NCBI RefSeq assembly: GCF_009914755.1
Contig: NC_060935.1
Length of the DNA stretch: 64,000 nt
Direction: 5' to 3' (one strand)
Origin: the human T2T-CHM13v2.0 reference genome, Homo sapiens
Every line of letters starts with the position of its first letter. The first letter of the stretch is position 1. A program made the translations under genes and the position numbers. The notes under the pieces are model-generated. The model saw only the letters and a program-made list of their open reading frames with translations. It ran no database searches and was not told the origin of the DNA. Below are positions 53,951-64,000 of the stretch, piece by piece.

Positions 53951-54305
53951 TATTAAAAAAATTATCTGGCAGGCCATTAGGTTGAGATAGCCCCAGTACA
54001 TTGGGTCCCAACATAAGCAAAACAAAACCTAACTCAGAGTGAATGTGTTTAGCCAAGAAAAACAAAACTTAAGCTTTACCAGCCAGAAACTGCCAACTAG
54101 CCTCTAACTAGGGAATTTCCTTTTTAACTAATCAAATAAATATTTTCTTTGTCTTGCTTCCTCCAACACCTTATAAAAGTTTTCCTCTCCTGCCTTTTCT
54201 GCGGAGCGCTGAACTCCCTGCAGTCTGGTCCTGCCCTATTTGTAAATGGCTGAATGTTGAAATTAACGTGTTAAGTTCTAATGTGCCTAAATTCATCTTT
54301 TAACA
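53951..54305 (+). mobile_element. ERV1 solo LTR (MER93-like)
   Basis: aggccattaggttgaga..cataagcaaa..ccttataaaag (TATA)..ttttaaca end. Confidence 0.65.
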
Positions 54306-54659
54306 GTAGGATATCTTTACAATTTACCCCGGAATAGCAGAGTTTTAAGGAGGTGCTCTAAGAATCCTCTAGGCTTACACAGAATCCTCTCTGGTCTGAA
54401 GGTTAAAAATGCTGTCTTCATACTCAGGATCAATCGGCCCAGGCAATAAAGTTATTCCCTTATTTGCCCATTGCTTAAATGGTAAAATAAACTCAAAGAG
54501 GTCAGGTGGCAGCATCAGCTTACAGTGCATGGATCATTCTTCTAATAAGAATTAATACCTATAAACCAGAAAGCCCACATCGTATGATAAGCCAAAATAC
54601 AAAGGAAAGAAGTGAAGAAATCACCAAAATAATTCAAATAATTCAAAGATTTGACAAAA

Positions 54660-55050
54660 GTGGAGGCGATAACTAAGGACTTTAAGGAGACATGCAGAAG
54701 ATTGGAAGAAAACCAAGAGCATTTGGAGTTATAAAAGCCCATAAACAAGTGTTTCAAGAATAAATAAGAGTCAAATGTGTTGAATGGTGCTTAGAGATCT
54801 GTTCAGTTAGGAAGAGAGAATTGAAAATTGCATTCGACAAGAAAAAGACCCTCGGTGATTTGATGTGTGTAAAGTGAGTAAGTGGTATGAACAAATCAGA
54901 CTAAAAGTAAGTTGAAAGCCTAAAGGAGGTGGGGATGTGGAGAAAGCAAGGGCTGTTTTTGTTTTTGATTTTGTTTTAGAAAACAATGTGGAAAAAAAAT
55001 CAAGGGATTAGAGAAATAGTTGGAGAGGGACAGAAAGAAGGGATTTTAAT
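54660..55050 (-). mobile_element. L2 fragment
   Basis: gaagaaaaccaagag..aagtgtttcaaga..gtcaaatg..gctt.gaga motifs. Confidence 0.5.
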
Positions 55051-55554
55051 GGTAGGTAAATTTTTCTTTACAGCAGATTATGATATACTAGAGAGGAAAA
55101 AACAGATGATTCGGATACAACAGAAATAAAACTCTTGCCAAATGAAATTTGACTCCAAGCCGCTACATATACAGGCATGTAGAACTTTAACTTCAGTCAT
55201 CACTTATACCGCCTGTCTCCTCCTTTCCACTATTGTGAACATTGGTGATCAGATGGCCCTGCCAAAGAAACATTGTTTTGGTTCACATGGCCCCATCAAG
55301 TCCACCAGCTCCATTGCTTCCATGTAATAATTGAGGCATAAATTAGTTTGGTGTTGCTGGGAGTCTTAAGGCCTAGACTTCCTCCCCAGTCTCTCATTTT
55401 CAAGATATCCTATAGCCACTCTGCAGGAGTATTTTTAACCTGATGTGAATTTCTCTTTCTTAGTATTTATTTTGCAGTCCTTTCTCTGTTCCTCAAAATC
55501 TATCTTCCTAGGTATTCATAACACAAATCAAATCATAATCTCTTCAATGATTTC

Positions 55555-55859
<305 letters not shown>

Positions 55860-56011
55860 TCTTCAATTATTTTAAACATGTGTAAACAAAAGCCAGAAAA
55901 GAAAGTGCCTACAGGCACCTCTGCCTTCTGCCAAGACACAAACCTTCTCTAAGGCAAGAAAGCACAAACGAGACACTTGCCTAAATACAGTATGAAAGAG
56001 AGAAACAAAAA

Positions 56012-56070
56012 TATTAGGTTGGTGCAAAAGTAATTGTGGTTTTTGCCATTACTTTTGCACCAACCTAATA
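56012..56070. mobile_element. MADE1 (Hsmar1-derived MITE), internally deleted hairpin
   Basis: ta-ttaggttggtgcaaaagtaat...attacttttgcaccaacctaa-ta. Confidence 0.95.
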
Positions 56071-58319
56071 TGTAGAGGAAAACAAAAGAAACTAATTCAC
56101 TCACATTTGACAGTGTGATTTGGTGAAGATATATACACACCCAAAGACACATACACACACATATATAATTTCAAGGAGCAATAGATAAAGCTTCAGGTCC
56201 ACAAGCCAGGCAGCCTTCAGTCTGCCCTTGAAGTTATTTTACCTATTCCCCTTCTGTCTTTTGCAGATGCTTCTTTTTCACTAAGGAACCTATTGATTCT
56301 CTGAGCCTCTTCACAAATCATCTTCACAATAGCTCTCTTGTTAATAAACATTTGAGAAACATTCCCCGGAACCAGGGAAAGAACAGTTTGAATGGTTTAA
56401 ATGGTTATTTTTATTGAGGTATATAATGTGAAAATCTAAAGAAAATTAAGTGGTATCTGATAACAACTGGTAAGATACACTAAAGAAAAAAAAATCTTTG
56501 ACAAATTAAAGTCCAATCAAAAATGTTTCACCATGCATCATTTGATCGTTAAGTCCATATGCTGTACAAGGAAAGCACTGTGCTAGAAGCTGATAGTCTA
56601 GTTAGCCTTGAGCTACATAACCCTTGTTATTAAAGAATGCAGTTACTAGCTGCCCCACTTCATACCCAGACCCCCTAGTCGTGCAAATCTTCTTGCATAC
56701 CAGTTTGTGGAGCTTTGATTTGCTATCTTACTCTCAAACCTTTAAAGTTGACTTTACTAAACAGGGTTATTTAATTAAATTGAACTAATAATGTAATTAA
56801 ATGCTATTAATCCATACTTGCATTCTGTAGTGATTTTATTACAGAGGATTGTTTTCTAAATACAAAAATCACTAAATTTATGTAAGTAATTCAAATAAAC
56901 CACCAATCTTTTTCTGCTTTGGATCTATGCTTGTATTTGATTTCAATTCTAGACCTTTACTTTCCCAATAATTAAGATAAATTTTGGGCACTTCAATTTT
57001 GCCTAATTTCTCATAGTACTGAATAAAATGGAGGATGACAGTAACGGTGGTAAACCTTCAGGTCACCCATCAACTTCTCTTCCTGTCTTAGGTGATGCTG
57101 GAGTTTAAACATTAGGTTTCTTCGTTTCTTCCATGTTGTCTTTTCTCAAAATCATAGCCTTTTTTTCATATCTACTTTTCTTTTGCAGTAAAGCACCTAT
57201 TCAGCACAGAAGAACAAAGCAACTTTCATAAGTATATCTAACAATTCCTGATTACTGATTTTGAATGCAGCTGTGTGACAGAAGATTTAGATATATACAG
57301 AAGCATTTATGCATATTAGATTGAGAACTTTTTCTTCAGAAGGAAAACAATGAGATAAAGATATGAAAAAATATATTTGTATGCCAGTGTTCCCATGGTA
57401 CATCTTGTTTTAATCATGAAAATACTTCTTACTAGCAAATAATCCAGTTAGGAAGGTCAATGGCCACTACTCCCAACAAAGTACCTTTTGAATACAAAAC
57501 ATAATGCATGTTCACTATCTGAGTAGAGGCAGCAATAACTGGACCGCCTCGTAATTGTCATTAAAGACTATTATTGAGCAATATCTGTCACAGAAATACT
57601 CTGCTTCTCATAAATAATTTGACTATCTGGGCCAAAATCAAAAAGGTCTTAAGTCAGTGCTTAACCAACTGCATTCCCAATTACATTCTTTCACTGTTTT
57701 TACATATAATAAAGGTAGGTGGGCTATATATCTCACAGTGTCCTTGTGCTCACCTATCCCTCAGACACCACACCAAGTGTTTCCTTGCAGGCAATACATT
57801 TCATAATAAAAGTTTTAAGGAAAGGGGTGGAAGCAAGAATATTTTGGATGGTAAATTTTATTAGTTTTTAAATTTTATTAATATCAAAAACAGCCTATTT
57901 GAACATTCAGTGTAATAGTTGTCATAACTGAATCTCCTGTGATATAATTTAAATCGGAAATACAAGAGAATGTGAACTTCATAGAAAGAAGCTATGTGTG
58001 CTTCATAGCTTTCTAGTTACTATGGGGCTTTAAACCTGGACATCGGCTCTCTGAGCTCCTAGAAATTAAAAACTCGTGTTAGGAACTGAGAAGAACCCGA
58101 AGGTTTAAGGAATTCCAGATTATTTCTTTGGGCAGTTGCAAAAATTTGGCTGATTCCATTCAATTTTATAAGGGCAGAATCAGAAAAGAAAGAAAAAAGA
58201 GTAAACTAGATTAATCGATAACCTTCAAAGTTCTAGATTCTGACAAATACTAAATCTTTTAATTTAAAAAACCCTACCCTATAGACTAATATTTTACATA
58301 TGAAATTTTAACATGAATT

Positions 58320-58915
58320 CTAGCAGACACTGTGTATGCCCTGTCCATATTCTCCTGTCCTTACCACTTCAGTGCCCGCCAACCTAACTTCTAACTCCCA
58401 GCTCTGGATTTCCTCTTGATGCTGGACACTGCTTTGCTACATTCTCAGGACACCAGTCATAATATCTCTAGTTGTTTTAAACTTTGGTCACTACAATTCA
58501 GAAAGGCAATTGTCTACAAACATCTCTGCCTTCTGCAGAAGAAATCTTCCCTAAGATAAGAAAGCAAATACTGCTTTATTTCCCTACCACCAAGAACCTT
58601 CAGCCAATGACTAAAGAAATTTGATATATATATATGTATATATATTTATATATATATGTATATATATTCTTCAGTTTCCTCATATTTCAGGTGAGATAAA
58701 TCTTAGCCATGTGTTGTATGCTTTACTCCATGAAGTTTGCCAGTAGGATTAAGTTCCAGGAACCCACAGCGGTAGCTGGCTTGGCAGGACACCCTTTCCT
58801 GTCTGCCTTTACTTCCTCGTCTAATTTTTTATTCCCCTATTGGAATTTTCTGTCATCTCTCAAGTAAACCTCTTTTACTTAAATTTTTACTTCTGGAAAT
58901 GCTCAAACAAAAACA
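58320..58915 (+). mobile_element. ERVL LTR (LTR16-like) with internal (TA)n at 58624-58668
   Basis: tagcagacactg..tcagccaatgact..taggattaagttccag..cccacagcggta..aagtaaacc. Confidence 0.7.
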
Positions 58916-59333
58916 CTAATTTTGTTTCCTAAAAATTTATTTTGATCCAAGCAGTTTTTGCACCAATGCTACATAAGGGCAAACTTAAGTATAATTACTC
59001 CATTCCTTTCCACAACAACTAAAGGAAGGAGAAGGAGAAGAGTAGGTGAAGACTGAAAACAAAAATATTTTTTCCTCATTCTCAGACCAAATAAATTACC
59101 CTGTCTGTCAAATTCAAGCAGGTGATATGTCAGACCAAAATATCCCATTAAACTCCTTCATTTCACATGATGTGGAATATTTTAATTCTTAAACTGAGAT
59201 GGTCTTAAAATTATTTTTATTTATAACCTATCAACTGATAGGAACCTCGACTGTCAATCTGAGATATCAGATAATTTACCTAGAATAGGAGTGTGTTCTT
59301 TTTATTTTATGTATGATACCTCTATACCTTTTC

Positions 59334-59904
59334 TGTTGAAGGGGTTCAGAACACATCACCTCAAAACATGCTGCTTTGGCATGTGGATTGTTTTGAGCTG
59401 AAGGCACTGAGATACAGCCAGATTCAGGAAGGGCTCCCTGACCTTCCCCCTTCTACCTAAAAGCAGGCCATAAAATTTCCCTGTACCAGGAAAAGGATAA
59501 CATTGTTATCTCTAGACACTGTAATATGATGCCAAAATGGACTTCTGCAAACAAACCTGTTAAAATAACAATCTTCCATTAGTTCCTCCTCATCCTCATT
59601 ATATTTCCTAGTCACTAGCCCACAATTTACTGCTGCTGGCCCAAGCCCCTTTATCTTATCATATCCCCACAATTTATCATTCTTTATGTAAAAAACAAAA
59701 TGTAAGCTTTCAGGCATAATGGTTTCTTCTGGTCTTCACTTTCTTTCTGTTGCAGGGTGAACCCCAAAACCGGGACTCAACTCAGGAGGCTAAGTAGGTT
59801 CTTGGCTTTGCGGTAGAAATAATTCAATAAAGAGTTGACAGAGTAAAGTGAAGGCAAGTTTATTAAAATAAAGGAATAAAGGGTGGCTAATCCGTAGGTG
59901 GCTA

Positions 59905-59935
<31 letters not shown>

Positions 59936-60406
59936 GATATGCCAAATAAGTGGTGAATTATGCATGAGTTTTTTGGGAAAGAGGTGGGGAGTTCCTAGAA
60001 CCAGGTATTTTCCCCCGTCCAAACTATACAGGTTAACTTCTGGGCACTGCCATGGCATTTATAAACTGTCTTGGTGCTGATGGGGGTGTTCTTTAGCATG
60101 TTAATGCATTATAATTAGCATATAATGAGCAGTGAAAGTAACCAGAGGTAGCTTCCTTCATTATCTTGGTTTTAGTTGGTTTTGGTCAGTTTCTTTACTG
60201 TCTCCTGTCTCCTGTGGGGTCTTATAACCTGTTACTGGAAACTAACTAGTCCTGCCACATTCCTATCTCACTTCTATAGACTCTTATGTACATGTAAAAA
60301 TGTTAAATCAATTTGTATCCTTTTCTCCTGTTAATCTGTTTTATGTAAGTTTAATTCTTAGTCCAGTCACTGAACATGAGGGTTGAAGAACATCTTTTCC
60401 CCTACA
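59334..60406 (+). mobile_element. ERV1 LTR MER39/MER34 family, split by MER41
   Basis: ggggttcagaacac..ttggcatgtggattgttttgagctgaaggc..aagcaggccataaaattt | ..ttttctcctgttaatctg..cccctaca. Confidence 0.82.
59748..60270 (-). mobile_element. MER41-family ERV1 solo LTR
   Basis: gcaagtttattaa..aaggaataaa..taatgcattataattagcatataatgagcagtga..accagagg..tcctatctca. TG...CA termini; tttc/cttc flanks. Confidence 0.8.
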
Positions 60407-60842
60407 CTGTGCTCTAGGCTCCAGGTCTTAACAAAGAGTATTTAATTAGTGTTATATGTAACTTTCTTAGGGGAACTGTATTCACATACAATTATTCTTA
60501 TAATTTTAGTTCTTGGCTAAAATCTTTTTTTCTTTTTTCTTTTTTTTTTTGTTTTTTTTGTTTTTTTTTTTTGGTCATCAGCCTTGGCTCTTTACACGTT
60601 AGCCTATATTTGCAAATATGGCTTAGGAACTACTACACTGCTCTTGCTTTCTATGTGCAAACACACATACACACACACTTTACACAAATCCACACAAAAA
60701 TATGTTAACTTTTATAAACAGCCTAAGCTATTGATGCTCTTTATTCTGCACAAAAGACAATGGCACTGCGTTTTTACCTGTGGAGGCATCTCACTTCTGG
60801 GCTGCACTTTATACCACATTCATTCAGAAACAGAAAGCAATC

Positions 60843-61085
60843 ATGGTTAAAAGCTCAAGCTCAATGTTGAGATAAAACTAGTTCTCATCTTGGTTCTGTC
60901 TCGTATTAGGTGTGTATCTAAGGCAAATTACTTTATATGTTTGTTCTTAGGTTCCTTCATCAGCAAAACAAAGGTATTCATTTTGGTGCAACAAGAATTA
61001 AATTAAACACTGCTGTATAACACTTAGCACAGTGGCCGGGTTTAGCAGTATCCAATAAGGGTGAGTTGTCAGTAATAATAATAAT
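60843..61085 (+). mobile_element. MIR
   Basis: tggttaaaagc..ggcaaattactt..ttccttcatc..cacttagcacagtg. Confidence 0.75.
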
Positions 61086-61856
61086 GGTAATAAAATGATA
61101 ATGATAAGCATTTCCTACTTCAGAGTTAAAGCAGATGTGATGACCAAATGCATCTGCTTCACTGTTAGAATCCCAAGATGGCAAAAAAATACAATACTTT
61201 TTCAAAATCTTTATTTAATATTGAGATACACAATAATCTGCAAGAAGAAAAAAAAATCTAATGTTTAAAATATTTACTTTCCCTGGCCTCATCTATATGA
61301 ATAGGTTGTATAGTAATTAATTCAGCCAAGCTTTCCATTAGCTTCTATGAAGATCCCAAATAAAGCAGTTTTCCTCAAGTTTGAATGGCCTTGAATACGT
61401 TTACTAATTTAAGGATGAGCAGCAAATGCTCCAAACAATAGACTCTTTTTCATTATTTTGATAACAAAGCCCATCTACAAAAGCCTCCTACAAAAGCCTC
61501 CTTCTTCTTCTTCAGCAAACATCAACACTGGAAAGCATTTTTTAATATTAATTTGATGGTTTCTAGACACAGTGAGCACAGAAAATAAAAATCATTTTAA
61601 TTATTTCTACCCTCAATGCCCAAACACAATAAAGATGTAGCGGCAGAGGGAATCAAGCACCAGAAAAATGATTACGTGAAGACAACAATGACTTTTATTT
61701 GCTTATTCCCAAATCATCTGTATTGAGCAAGAAACTCAATAGCACAAAGCATTCAGCAGAAACTTTACAAAAGACTCGTGTACAGGGGATTGTTGGCCTC
61801 ATTAATAAGTGACAACAGACAAACATTTATGTTGTAGCTACCTTTCTGAGACTTAC

Positions 61857-62061
61857 CTTGTTCTCAAGATATGTGTGTTGAATGATTTGTACTATATGAA
61901 TTTACTCATATGTCAAGGTACTCAACGTGTAGTCCATTATGTTTATAGTAAACCAGCAGTGCTGATCGCTTAAACACTTGCCAGCATTCTTTAAAACTTA
62001 AGCTCTTCTAATATTTTGGTTTTCAATGATATGTGAATTCAGTGTCTCCTACTGCCCCACC
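61857..62061 (-). other. Candidate non-coding internal exon (205 nt)
   Basis: Acceptor ttcttttctccctttacag|G and perfect donor AAG|GTAAGT. Stops in all three frames. Confidence 0.35.
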
Positions 62062-62416
62062 CTGTAAAGGGAGAAAAGAACATGTTCATTTAAGTATACT
62101 ACATGAACGAGGAAGTATAGTGTGGAATTTTGAGTTACAAAAGTGATAAATCGGTTAAATTATTGTTTGATGTCAAGAAGAGTATATATTATTCAGCTTA
62201 TTTGCATGGGTTTCTTTACTCTTGAAAAATAAAAGTTGTCATTTAATTTATAATTTATGGACAAAGATATCCATGTCAGTTGTTCCAACTTCTTCATCTT
62301 ACTCTTCACTGTTTTCTCCCACTGTTCCACTGAAACTTCTTGTAATAATACTACCAATTGATACCAATAAATAAGAAACCAATGCCTGATTTTAATTATA
62401 GTAGGAAAATTTCCAT

Positions 62417-62709
<293 letters not shown>

Positions 62710-62719
62710 AGAAAATTTC

Positions 62720-63600
62720 AGTTTTTAAATTTGACCTCCATGCAGCATACAGTATTAACTCATCAGCCATTTTTTTCTTGCGATTATCTTGTACCTGTGT
62801 TTGTGATCTGGTTTTCTTCACATTTTCTTTACCTTTACACTATGTCATGTTTATTTCTGGTCTTGTCTTCTATTGTCCAGTTAAATCAATGGATCACAAG
62901 CTTTACTCTACCTTGACTCACCAGAGATGCCCCTTAAAAACAAAACAAAACAAAAAAACAGCAGATTCCTGAGCCCTGTCACTAAAATAGATCAAAGAGA
63001 TGGCACGTTAACCTGAGTCTTCATAAAATAGCTTAGATGATTCTGATGCATATGGTCCTTGGACTATATTGCTTCCATTGTTAAGATTATCTACCATCTA
63101 ACAGTTCTATTATTTTACTTAACTGTATTGCCTAGTATCTGCTCCCAGATACTTACCATATTTTTGTGCCTCTCAGTTCTACTATATCCACACAAGACCT
63201 GTTTTCTAAATTTCAGACTCAGATTTCCTACTCTTAATAGACATCTTCATGTGACTACCCCACAGGTACCTCAACTAAACATGTCCAAAAGTGAGCACAT
63301 CTTTTATTTAGTTCTCAAATTTACTTATCTTTCTGTTACACTCACTTTCTATTGGCTAAACCATCATTCATTAGTCATTTGAGCCAAAATTCTTGACAAT
63401 AATACCAGCCTCTTTGGTGTCTTTTCAACCTTCATGTTCCACCATCTTCAATACTCACTAGTTACCTAGTCATTTATAAAAGTCCTTATTCAGAGAAAGA
63501 AGAAAAAATCAAAACAAAATTCCATAATGTCCCATCTTATCTCAACACTGGATTAAAGTTCTGAATTTATTTTTATTTGAAAGATGCAGTTTGTGGGAAA
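62720..63600 (+). mobile_element. L2 remnants with a MER5-type insert (~62915-63070)
   Basis: caggtacctcaactaaacatgtccaaaa is an L2 motif; gcagattcctgagccc..gatgattctgatgca is MER5-like. Confidence 0.55.
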
Positions 63601-64000
63601 GTTTGTTCCATTCATTCAACCATTAGACTGTTCTATTATTCATCCTTAAACCAAATCAATATTTTAATTAACAGAGTGGTTTCTGAAGTTCTTAAAATGA
63701 TAGTATTTATTTTTTGATATTCTTTAGTCAGGTGAAATAATGTCTAAGGAAGGCTTAATTATGTCTCTTTCTTTGGAAGAAAAAAGAGAAGAAAGTATTT
63801 TTGGCATTGTTATTTTATTAGAGGAAAGTTTTTAAAATAATTGATTTATATTCATAGAAATAATTATTTGTCTAACTAATTTTCCTTACACCTGCAAATG
63901 TAAAATTATTTCCTGTAATGTGCACAAATATAATTTTTCTGGGCTAATATTTTAATTTTTTCATGAAATGTATTAGAAATTTGAAGAAACATGAAATATT

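Overview
AT-rich primate (Alu-bearing, human-like) genomic DNA. I see no credible protein-coding gene, structural RNA gene or CpG island; it reads as intergenic or deep intronic sequence. Much of it is interspersed repeat: Alu/FRAM, L1 fragments including a ~6.4-kb decayed L1MA, L2/MIR, MaLR/ERVL/ERV1 solo LTRs, and Tigger2/hAT/MADE1 DNA-transposon fossils. All ORF-track entries are repeat-derived or chance ORFs. Repeat families were recognised by eye from remembered consensus sequences, so subfamily names and boundaries are approximate. Four structures go beyond ordinary repeat annotation. (1) A 277-bp inverted duplication of apparently unique DNA (18917-19193 / 23401-23677; 4 mismatches, 98.6%) brackets a 4.2-kb segment containing an MLT2A LTR, making a candidate invertible segment. 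(2) A Tigger2 fossil has its terminal block plus flank sitting inside the element, in circularly permuted order with an L1 at the opening point. (3) An old L1 carries a short MER58-derived 3' transduction inside its TSD. (4) There are smaller repair scars, a MADE1 hairpin, a MER41 GAS site and a strong non-coding exon candidate. None of these can be shown from sequence alone to be a new biological system.
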